Part shown: positions 55,963-64,000 of the stretch, piece after piece | Numbering within the stretch: position 1 is the stretch's first letter | How the letters are laid out: every line of letters starts with the position of its first letter | From: a virus | Lineage: Duplodnaviria > Caudoviricetes | IMG/VR virus record: IMGVR_UViG_3300028797_002668 | Location: 1 to 64,000 of that record | DNA: 64,000 bases | Reading direction: 5' to 3' (one strand) | Position numbers and translations under genes: made by a program | Notes under the pieces: model-generated | What the model was told of the DNA's origin: nothing | Databases searched by the model: none | The model's input: only the letters and a program-made list of their open reading frames with translations

Positions 55963-56703
55963 CTATTTTTTCTCTTTTGACTTTTCGGATGCATGCTTCT
56001 TGTTCAGCTTTAGCTGGGCGGCACGCAACGCCGGGTCGCTTGCTACCATAGACGCGTCCACGCCTTCCTCGTTAACCTCGATATCCGGGTCAATCTTATT
56101 CAACGTGTTCACTGCCTTGTCCATGTCCGACGGGTTCAAGTCAAGCCCAATGTTACCACTAATTTCGGCCTTTTCGCGCTCGATCTCCTTCTGGACGACA
56201 CCAGCGTACTCGTCAATATTGAGGCACTCGTGATAAATATTCTCGTTAAGCGACGTGAACTTGATGTACTTCGACTTGATAGACATCGCCTTCTGTACTT
56301 GCATAAATGCACGAGACACTATCTGGCCAAGGTAATAATATGGGTCATTGTTCTTGGAATTCTTGGCCATTTTAACTGGGTCGAACGACTTGCAATATTT
56401 AAGCGCACAAAACTGTGCTCTCGCAAACATCTCCTCTTTCCAGTCATCCGTATACTTTCGCCAAGACTTCATGCCTTGTGTCTTCAATATTACAATCCGG
56501 ATTACAGTGGCTAATTCATCGCTGACTGGATATCCATTACCATACAATTGCACATTCCGTTTGTGCTCAAGCAACAATTTTGTCAAGTATTCAGCGTCAA
56601 TCTTGTCATACTTCATCGAGGCTTCGGTCTGTTTTCCGTTCTTGTCAAACACTGCCGGAGCTGCCGGACGAGTCTTGGGTCCGTTAATATTGTGATTCTT
56701 CAT
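55963..56703 (-). CDS. gp55: late-transcription sigma factor (T4 gp55-like)
   Basis: YTDDWKEEM...KYCKSFDP...DPYYYLGQIVSRAF resembles the gp55 core. Confidence 0.75.
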   Translation of the reverse strand: MKNHNINGPKTRPAAPAVFDKNGKQTEASMKYDKIDAEYLTKLLLEHKRNVQLYGNGYPVSDELATVIRIVILKTQGMKSWRKYTDDWKEEMFARAQFCALKYCKSFDPVKMAKNSKNNDPYYYLGQIVSRAFMQVQKAMSIKSKYIKFTSLNENIYHECLNIDEYAGVVQKEIEREKAEISGNIGLDLNPSDMDKAVNTLNKIDPDIEVNEEGVDASMVASDPALRAAQLKLNKKHASEKSKEKK

Positions 56704-56728
56704 CGAAATCCCTTCGATAGCTTTAACC

Positions 56729-59362
56729 TTAAATTAGGTCTTTATATTTGTTATATTCAGCGCAAAACTCTTTTTTTGACATGACATTCTTGTAATAGTT
56801 GAAACCCCACACATGTCTCATTCCAGACATGTATCCTGGTGTCAACGGAGTACCCACCGCTTGTTCAGTCTTACTTGCATCGTCCATGTCATCGCATTTT
56901 AAGCGAAGTTCCCCATCGGTTCGACAAGCCAGTATACTCGTCGTGCACTTGATACGCCATAATGAATACAGCTTTTCGTCGTTGTCAAGTATAGAAGAAT
57001 ATCTAGTTCGCTCTTCACCAGTCGTCGGGTCTACTATAACTCCGTCCGGAAGATCCCACGTATCGTCGGTCATTGCGAACGAATTGATAAAGATGCGAGG
57101 TTCGCTAACTGGTTCAAACCGTGAGCAACCGTCAGGTATATCTTCTCCATTGCAGTCTGGCAAAATCGTTTCGGTATCGCCGGTCGCCAACACACCGCCA
57201 TTCACTGTAAACCAGTAATGCTCGTTCACATCGACAAGATGCTCCGCTGCCGCACCATTGACCCGCAAGTGGTATACATAGTATTCCATTCCGCTCATGT
57301 TAGTTCCCGAACCGATATACGCATAAAGATGCCATCCATCAATCTCATGACGCCAAAACTTTATTGTAAATCCATTCGTGTCGTTGCTATTCGTATAATC
57401 ATCAGACTTACGAATATTATAGAACTTCGGAATATCACACCATGCTGAACCGTCAGGTGCTTGTATACACTCGACCGCACAACAAGGAATATCTTGCTGG
57501 TTCTCCTTGTACAAAACACCATTTTTCTTTTCAAAACCAGCGTCCGTTCGTACGCAGTCTTCCTTTACTGGGTCACCCGGCGTACCAGACCTGATAGCAA
57601 TCAACTCATCGGCCTCACCGACTGTAATTGAATAATCGCTGATTTTTACTTGATGATCGTCGTTGTTCGGTACAAGCGACGCTCCAGAACAAAGAACCTT
57701 AACCTCGCGGCGCAAATGGTTCAAATAGCACGACGCATTGAGATAATAGTAGTCGATGTGGAATGTCTCACCGCATTTACAGAAGTCTATATCGTTTTGC
57801 ACTATAACAGAACGAGATAAGTCCAGCGTAGTACCATCATTAGCGTCGGGCTGACCCATGAATACCCAATCACCGCAAGTCACATACCATACACCGTTCT
57901 GTCCATCCTTCTGGTTATATAGCAATACCATATCACCAGGTTTCAGACGGTTCGAACATACGGTAAGACTTCCATATTTCTTCGGTACATCATCCGAGCA
58001 AACGTAATTAACGGTATCATACAACCGGACACCAAGGTCTATAATATACGTATCATCAACAACAGCCGGTGTCGGCTTATTATAACAGTCATCCGGGCAT
58101 ACATGAGTATCTGTCATCAAATTCCTTGGATCGGCGTAACCTTGCCAGTCACCTTTAGAAACTACCCACAATCCATCTTCGTCCGGATTGCCTTGATGAG
58201 TAAGCCATACAACATCACCTTCCCACAACTGTATGCCGTCAATATACCGTTCACCTTGCTTATGAACAAAGTTATGGTTTATCTTCATACGAACTTGCAC
58301 ATACTTGTACGTAGTGCAATCGCCGGAAACACGTACATAAAGTGTCTTTCCTAATACGCCACCAGACGGATTTGCCACTCCATTACCAAATTCATCCTCG
58401 TTGTCGTATACAAGCGACATATCGCTCGGCGCGAAACATACTCCAACACCGGTATATTTAGCCGGTGTTTTTTGAAGTTCGTTATAATTATCAGAATCGT
58501 ATTTATAACGTATAAGATACGACACTCCATAGCCAACTTGAGACGGATTGAATCCGATTTGCACACCGTATACACCACACATGTCCATGCCGTGACCGTC
58601 CACCGCCAACATACCTGGACTCAACAGAAAACTCGCCTCAGTACCGTCAGTATTGACCTTCACATCCTTCGAAGCAACCGTGTAAACTATATCACCTTGG
58701 GTTATGTATACGTCCATTCCCTTAGTAAAATTCTCACCATGCAACACTATCAATGAACTAGTATTTACACGCGTGGCCAAATTTTCCACATACTTTATAT
58801 ATGGTTGTCCATTCCAGTTTGCGTTCACACCGTTTACTAAATCGGATACTTTCAAATTAATTACACCAGTCTCCGTACGAGAACCGAACGCATCCCATCC
58901 TACCACACTGAACGACAATGGGATAGTCCTCACCTCACCATAGTAAGTCGGTCGAATCGCCGGTATATCTAGTTCCACGTTCATTATATGCCCATCCCCA
59001 TAGATACCGAGCATCTCGACATCTAATCCGGGATGAAATTCGAACACGTACTCATGAGCGTTCCCATCATTGCTGAAATTGACCCACTGTTTTGATGTAT
59101 TCTCTTGTTCGTAAAAATCACCTTCGCCGGTCTCAAGGTCAGCATAATAGTTCACTAGACCTATCCCACGAATATCCATCTGGATAACAACCGATGGTTC
59201 TGCACTATATACCATGAACGAATGTATGACACAACTGCGCCTAGCGAAACCAGTTACCGATATTCTAGATAAACTAAAACCATCCACCGGCATGATTTCT
59301 ATAGTAGTTATATCCTCAGAAAACGGTATTGCATAATTGCTCAAAGTAAGTGGAAGTGCCAT
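56729..59362 (-). CDS. putative virion structural protein
   Basis: Two copies of the IDGxxLxxGDxVxLxxQxxxxxxGxWxVxxGxW motif seen in phage fibre proteins; Cys-rich. Confidence 0.6.
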   Translation of the reverse strand: MALPLTLSNYAIPFSEDITTIEIMPVDGFSLSRISVTGFARRSCVIHSFMVYSAEPSVVIQMDIRGIGLVNYYADLETGEGDFYEQENTSKQWVNFSNDGNAHEYVFEFHPGLDVEMLGIYGDGHIMNVELDIPAIRPTYYGEVRTIPLSFSVVGWDAFGSRTETGVINLKVSDLVNGVNANWNGQPYIKYVENLATRVNTSSLIVLHGENFTKGMDVYITQGDIVYTVASKDVKVNTDGTEASFLLSPGMLAVDGHGMDMCGVYGVQIGFNPSQVGYGVSYLIRYKYDSDNYNELQKTPAKYTGVGVCFAPSDMSLVYDNEDEFGNGVANPSGGVLGKTLYVRVSGDCTTYKYVQVRMKINHNFVHKQGERYIDGIQLWEGDVVWLTHQGNPDEDGLWVVSKGDWQGYADPRNLMTDTHVCPDDCYNKPTPAVVDDTYIIDLGVRLYDTVNYVCSDDVPKKYGSLTVCSNRLKPGDMVLLYNQKDGQNGVWYVTCGDWVFMGQPDANDGTTLDLSRSVIVQNDIDFCKCGETFHIDYYYLNASCYLNHLRREVKVLCSGASLVPNNDDHQVKISDYSITVGEADELIAIRSGTPGDPVKEDCVRTDAGFEKKNGVLYKENQQDIPCCAVECIQAPDGSAWCDIPKFYNIRKSDDYTNSNDTNGFTIKFWRHEIDGWHLYAYIGSGTNMSGMEYYVYHLRVNGAAAEHLVDVNEHYWFTVNGGVLATGDTETILPDCNGEDIPDGCSRFEPVSEPRIFINSFAMTDDTWDLPDGVIVDPTTGEERTRYSSILDNDEKLYSLWRIKCTTSILACRTDGELRLKCDDMDDASKTEQAVGTPLTPGYMSGMRHVWGFNYYKNVMSKKEFCAEYNKYKDLI

Positions 59363-59366
59363 TGTC

Positions 59367-59915
59367 TTAAACCAATCGTTGAACGGTGTCTCGGTAACTT
59401 ACAAGATATGGTAGCATACTTGTAGTCAACTTAGAATCTTTAAATCTAGCAGCTAAGTTTTGACGTTCTTTCGGCAACCATACTTCTGGACGTTGCATTG
59501 CGTTGATTACAGTCGTCAATATATCAACAAACTCTTGAACCGTTTCAGCCTTGTGCACTGAATCTTCATGCTTCTTCGCAACATCGTCTTGGATAGTCTC
59601 AACCATCGCTTCCATTTTTTCCAAATTGGACTCGGCATCAGCTTTTGTCGGACCCGCCTTGATTTTCTGGTTCAGTGCTTGATATTCGCGAACGTTCTTG
59701 TTATACGCCTCCATGAACTCACGAGAACCGTCATTCGGCTGTGCAACTTGCATCTGCGGATAGTAACCGTTCTGTACTTGCTGTACTGGTTGCTGGTAAT
59801 ACGGCTGTTGCGGAGCCATATTTGGATATGGTTGCTGATAAACCGGTTGCTGTTGTACTGGCTGCTGGATAGGCTGCTGACCTCTCGGTGCAAATGTAAA
59901 GTCTGTTGGTTGCAT
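59367..59915 (-). CDS. Gln/Pro-rich hypothetical late protein
   Basis: Low-complexity N-terminus; TATAAACT at 59932-59939. Confidence 0.65.
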   Translation of the reverse strand: MQPTDFTFAPRGQQPIQQPVQQQPVYQQPYPNMAPQQPYYQQPVQQVQNGYYPQMQVAQPNDGSREFMEAYNKNVREYQALNQKIKAGPTKADAESNLEKMEAMVETIQDDVAKKHEDSVHKAETVQEFVDILTTVINAMQRPEVWLPKERQNLAARFKDSKLTTSMLPYLVSYRDTVQRLV

Positions 59916-60021
59916 AAATCCTCTTTTCCGTAGTTTATAACGGAATACGATTCCATAGCCTAAATTAGTTCAAAAAGGGGTGTCCGCATCCGGACACCCC
60001 TTTCATAACAATATGCCGTTT

Positions 60022-60873
60022 TTAAGCGAATTTTCCGGTCCCGAAGCCAGCGAAATCCTTCAACTGAGCCATCGCCTCAGCCACGTCGCTATCGTCGTTG
60101 CAACAGCCGTCCAAAGCTTCGAGATTGACATTGCCAGTAGGCAAAGTGCTTCTCTGGGGCTGGAGACCACGACCAAGACTTTCGAAACGGCTCTCCATCT
60201 TGGCTGGCTTCGATGGTTTCGTTTCCATGTCCAGATCATGGTTGATTTCCTTCAAAGCGTTGGCCACATTGTTCATATTCAAATCGCCGTCACAATCTTG
60301 ATCAATGTCGAGCATGAACACGTCGTTGCTGTCGCCAGAAATGAATTTCGCAATAGATTCCTTCGTGATGTCACGTACATCCACCGTCGGTTTCATGAAC
60401 TGGTTAAGAACCTTCTGTACCTCGTCAGGCTTCATGCCGTTAACTTGGCTCAGTATAAAATTCTTCTTTTCAAGTTCATTCTCACGTTGCTTACTCTTGT
60501 TAAGCGCTTGATAAGCTTCCTTCAACTTTTGCTCATCAGCCTTCCGCTCGCGCTTCGCATCGGCAAGCTCTTCACTGAACGAGATACCAGCACTTTCCAA
60601 ACAAGACGACACAGCTTTCAATACCTTGTACATCTTGTCGTTAATTGCGTTGGTCTTGTACTTTTCTACGTTCTCGGCAACGGCTTCGCTAATCATCTTA
60701 TCGGCACGTTGCATAACGCACTCAAGCATCTTTTCTACTTGCTTGCGTTGCTTCGAACTGTCAGATTCGATTGCAGAAGCAAGTTCAGAACGGTACGCCG
60801 ATTCAATCTTCGCAACCATCTCCGGGGAAAGTTGCGCCATCTCGGCCTCTGTCAAAATCTTAGAGAGTTCCAT
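60022..60873 (-). CDS. gp22: prohead core scaffold protein (T4 gp22-like)
   Basis: Helical coiled-coil protein directly after the protease; many L/I-x-E sites. Confidence 0.7.
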   Translation of the reverse strand: MELSKILTEAEMAQLSPEMVAKIESAYRSELASAIESDSSKQRKQVEKMLECVMQRADKMISEAVAENVEKYKTNAINDKMYKVLKAVSSCLESAGISFSEELADAKRERKADEQKLKEAYQALNKSKQRENELEKKNFILSQVNGMKPDEVQKVLNQFMKPTVDVRDITKESIAKFISGDSNDVFMLDIDQDCDGDLNMNNVANALKEINHDLDMETKPSKPAKMESRFESLGRGLQPQRSTLPTGNVNLEALDGCCNDDSDVAEAMAQLKDFAGFGTGKFA

Positions 60874-60877
60874 CTGC

Positions 60878-61630
60878 TTAAACTCCTTGACGCAATGCTG
60901 AAATTACTGCATTCTTGTTGTAAACGCCGTAGCATACCTCTATGTTGCCATAATCACGAGCGATAGCACGTCCATAACGACCCATCACGCTCTCTATAGA
61001 CTCGACTATCGGTCGAGGTGTGACGTTGGTGACTGACTCGGTAAGTGGCTTTGCCGTAGCGGAAACACTCTCCGTACGGCTATTGAATATGGCGTCTTGG
61101 CCGAAAGACGGGTTACCAACGACGTCAATAGTAATCATAGTGTAGTCGTCACCAATCTCCTCATGATCGCCAGCCGGTACAGTAGAACCGGCACCACGGA
61201 GCGAAAATCCAGGATGGTAACCGCCACGAATCAAGCCAGCAAGGGTCTTTCCAGCGGGGGTTTCCTCTAGAACGACCATTCGCACCATGAGCTTGTTTCC
61301 TTCCATATGGAGGTCTTCTATGAGAGCGCAGACCTTCTCCAAATTCATTTCGAAAATCGGATAATCCTTCGCGTCACCATTGACATCGAGACGCGGGTGG
61401 TTGAGTTCTGCGGCAAGACGACCGCGAGACACCATTTCAGTCATCAAGCGGTTCATTTCACGCTCGATAATTCGACGAGGATAGGAGCGGTTATTGATAC
61501 CCGGAATGTCGCAAACAATACCAATACCCTCTATGACAAGACGCTTTACGCCGACACCAAACTCGTCCGTACGGTCGAGCATCCGCGCCTTCACGCCTTC
61601 AAGAAAAATATCACCCACCAAATGCTTCAT
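60878..61630 (-). CDS. gp21: prohead protease (T4 gp21-like)
   Basis: NNRSYP, AELNHP, TPAGK, GFSLRGAGS, DVVGNPS. Confidence 0.9.
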   Translation of the reverse strand: MKHLVGDIFLEGVKARMLDRTDEFGVGVKRLVIEGIGIVCDIPGINNRSYPRRIIEREMNRLMTEMVSRGRLAAELNHPRLDVNGDAKDYPIFEMNLEKVCALIEDLHMEGNKLMVRMVVLEETPAGKTLAGLIRGGYHPGFSLRGAGSTVPAGDHEEIGDDYTMITIDVVGNPSFGQDAIFNSRTESVSATAKPLTESVTNVTPRPIVESIESVMGRYGRAIARDYGNIEVCYGVYNKNAVISALRQGV

Positions 61631-61648
61631 ATCTGCACCCCTCACCAT

Positions 61649-61810
61649 TTACTTCTTAGACGGACCGATAGACTCCATAATGGCAACCGACGCTGTGTCG
61701 ATACTCTTATTCATTGCCGATTCAAAGTACGACGAAACGATCCGCTTCACGGACACAGAATCGTTGTTTAAAATGCTCGACAATAAAACTTTTCCATCTT
61801 TCTCTATCAT
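61649..61810 (-). CDS. small prohead core protein (gp67/68-like position)
   Basis: MIEKDGK...; after late promoter 61837-61844 and directly before gp21. Confidence 0.5.
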   Translation of the reverse strand: MIEKDGKVLLSSILNNDSVSVKRIVSSYFESAMNKSIDTASVAIMESIGPSKK

Positions 61811-61912
61811 CGTGAAAACCCGCTTGGTTACTATGCAGTTTATATAGTGTTGAAAACTTCTTAAAACACAAAAGGCTGGCAAATGCCAGCCTTTTTAGAT
61901 ATGTATAACCGT

Positions 61913-62413
61913 TTAATCTTCTTGCTTCTGGATTTTCCACCACGTTATCGGATATTCGAATACGGTTTCGCCGTTACACAGCATACATCGTCGAGAAAAG
62001 TAATAGCTCTCGAACATTTTGACCAATCCAGAGAGTTCGGGCTTGTCGACGAATATCGTCGCATACACCGCCGAGATTCTTGGATCTTGCCTAGCTCGTT
62101 CCACGGCCATTTCGAGGAATTTCCGACCCAACCCCTCGCCGCGCAACTCGGACTTCAGCGTGCCGATTTTCAAACGAAAGCTAGGTGCAAAAGGCTTCTC
62201 CATCCGGCTATAATCCTCGTCCATGTCCTCAACCTTCGTATAGAGCATTGCCTTCAAATTCCCTTCGGTGTCATAGACAACGTCGCAACTCGTGTGTTCC
62301 TCAGCCTTGTTCTGGAACCAAGTGCTGAAATTGCGGTACATCGACTTCAAGCTGTCAAAAAACGGGTCGTCCAGATTCAACTGGTCAAACGTAGTAGAAA
62401 TTATATCTGCCAT
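61913..62413 (-). CDS. GNAT-family acetyltransferase
   Basis: DPFFDSLK...RLKIGTLKSELRGEGLGRKFL...FESYYF. Confidence 0.7.
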   Translation of the reverse strand: MADIISTTFDQLNLDDPFFDSLKSMYRNFSTWFQNKAEEHTSCDVVYDTEGNLKAMLYTKVEDMDEDYSRMEKPFAPSFRLKIGTLKSELRGEGLGRKFLEMAVERARQDPRISAVYATIFVDKPELSGLVKMFESYYFSRRCMLCNGETVFEYPITWWKIQKQED

Positions 62414-62452
62414 AATGCCTTATTTTAGCAAAAAATGATTTGATTTCCAAAT

Positions 62453-62482
62453 AAAAACGGTGGCGAATCGCTTCGCCACCGT
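62453..62482 (-). terminator. intrinsic terminator after the major capsid gene
   Basis: ACGGTGGCGAA-gcga-TTCGCCACCGT-TTTT. Confidence 0.8.
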
Positions 62483-62514
62483 CACCTAACCAAGGAGCAA
62501 AGTTAGGTCAACAA

Positions 62515-64000
62515 TTACCAGTTGTTGTTCTCGAAGGAGAGACCACCGGCCACGTTGACAAGGTTTTCCTTAGCACCCGGAACAGTCTCGTAAGAGAGAC
62601 CCGGCTGCAGAGAAGCACCGCCAACAGAACCGTTGGACTGCCACGGGTTGTTCTCAAGGTCAATGCCAGTGATGACGCTAGACACGTTCTTGAAGTGGAT
62701 CAAGCGGTAGAACTGACCAGCACCCAAGAGGTTAGCCACGATGGCATAACGAGACTTGACGATGAGACGCGGAGAACCATCTTCCTGACCAGCGGTCTTG
62801 CAGAAGATGTACGGGATGTAAGGCATCATGATGATACCAGACTCACCCTGACGCGGACCCTTATAACCAATCAAGGCATAAGAGGCGTTGGCGTAGATGT
62901 CCTGATAGAGCTTGATGTTGCCATTCAAGAGGCTACCAGCATCAGCCACACCACCAGCCGGCTGCACAGCGGCATCAGTCTGGAGGTAGGTCGGAGTGTA
63001 GATACCGTTGTTCAAGGTAGCGACAGCAGCAGCGATGTCCGGAGACACGATTGCAAAGTTACCGCAACCCATACGAGTGGTGAGAGCAATCTTACGAGAG
63101 ACAGCAATCATCGTGTTAACGATACCACCGGCGATACGTTCAGCAGCCCAGCGACCCATACCAGCGTTGAGACGCTGCGGATCAGCGAGGTCCATATCAA
63201 TCGGATTTTCACCACCGAGAGACGGAGTCTGAGCAACAATCACCATCGCCATGAGGATTTCACGGTCGATATTCTGCTGAATTTCGAACTGGAGACCTTC
63301 GAGGAGGAGAGCTTCAACGTCCTGACCGTGAGCAGCGGCCATGTCTTGCTGAAGTTCGATGGTGTAGTGAGACTTGATGGCACGAGTACCAACCTTGATG
63401 GCACCAGAAATCACCTTGATAGATGCTTTCTTGATGTTGAAGGAGTATGTACCATACTGGTCGTCACCGGCGACATAGGAGCCACCGAAGTTGTTGTAGA
63501 GGAGACCCGGCTGTTTCGGATCGAACGTGCCACCGTTAGCAGAAGCGCCAGTAGTAGCGGTGCCTTCCATATAGTTAGAAAGCATTTCACCAGCACCGGT
63601 GCTCCACGGGTTGAACGTACCAGCGAAGCCAGTGTGGTCGGCAACGAGGTCGTAACCGATTTCTTGCTTCTGACCGTTACGGAATGCCGTGGTCTTGGTC
63701 GGTTCGTTATCGTAGAGATAACGGAGAGCGAAGTAGATACCCATCGGAGTCGTAGTCGGGATGACGGCGACCGTCTTCATCGCAAGGAGTTCCGGGAACT
63801 GGCGACGAATCATCGGGAGAGCGTACTGCTGATACTGAGCAACGTCAGCGGAGACGTTGGAAGCTTCAATCAATGCGCCACGGTTCAACTTGTTCTGGTT
63901 TTCGAGAAGAGTAGCAATCACGCTAGCTTCAGCACGGGTGTGCATAGCCGGGCCGAGGTTGGACTCAAGCACAGACTGCCACTTACGAGTGAGGTTCTTC
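62515..64000 (-). CDS. gp23: major capsid protein (T4 gp23-like), 5' end beyond the window
   Basis: LLENQ, PMIRRQFP, YFALRYLY, TRAIKSHYTIELQQDMAAAHG, PYIP, KSRYAIVAN; the frame stays open to the window edge (KNLTRKWQSVLES). Confidence 0.95.
   Translation of the reverse strand, partial: KNLTRKWQSVLESNLGPAMHTRAEASVIATLLENQNKLNRGALIEASNVSADVAQYQQYALPMIRRQFPELLAMKTVAVIPTTTPMGIYFALRYLYDNEPTKTTAFRNGQKQEIGYDLVADHTGFAGTFNPWSTGAGEMLSNYMEGTATTGASANGGTFDPKQPGLLYNNFGGSYVAGDDQYGTYSFNIKKASIKVISGAIKVGTRAIKSHYTIELQQDMAAAHGQDVEALLLEGLQFEIQQNIDREILMAMVIVAQTPSLGGENPIDMDLADPQRLNAGMGRWAAERIAGGIVNTMIAVSRKIALTTRMGCGNFAIVSPDIAAAVATLNNGIYTPTYLQTDAAVQPAGGVADAGSLLNGNIKLYQDIYANASYALIGYKGPRQGESGIIMMPYIPYIFCKTAGQEDGSPRLIVKSRYAIVANLLGAGQFYRLIHFKNVSSVITGIDLENNPWQSNGSVGGASLQPGLSYETVPGAKENLVNVAGGLSFENNNW

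Noticed and set aside
1-64000. Stop-codon reassignment (TAG/TGA recoding) as seen in some large phages
   Set aside because: Genes are long and tightly packed in code 11, several end at TAG next to the following gene or a terminator, and no CTA, TTA or TCA anticodon was found. The Arg loop CTTCTAA centres on TCT, not CTA.

Overview
Segment of a large T4-superfamily-like myophage genome; almost all genes are on the - strand and the host cannot be named from this window. Right and middle parts: head genes (major capsid gp23, cut by the window edge; gp21 protease; gp22 scaffold), gp55-like late sigma factor, neck/tail-completion genes (gp13, gp14, gp15), baseplate wedge (gp6, gp7-like), tail-fibre genes with two embedded glycosyltransferases, and accessory genes (Hsp20, AAA ATPase, three GNATs, Dps-like, exonuclease, ASCH, metallopeptidase). 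The left 10 kb is a translation island. It holds 34 tRNA genes covering all 20 amino acids, one aberrant tRNA, a tmRNA, a 199-nt tRNA-like RNA, two free-standing endonuclease genes, and PTH2, RlmN-like and EF-Ts-N-terminal-domain genes. The best candidate for an undescribed system is at the head of the tRNA array. A sigma70-type promoter is followed by a 37-codon leader ORF (9881-9994, absent from the ORF track) that uses all 20 amino acids and almost never repeats a codon. Its 3' end forms an antiterminator that excludes an intrinsic terminator 16 nt before the first tRNA. This looks like a pan-codon, ribosome-mediated attenuator that would switch the array on when any tRNA becomes limiting. 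A Lys-specific micro-ORF switch precedes tRNA-Lys(UUU). None of the 37 tRNA-type genes encodes CCA, and 29 encode CTA. All protein and RNA calls are by eye from motifs and base pairing; no searches were run.
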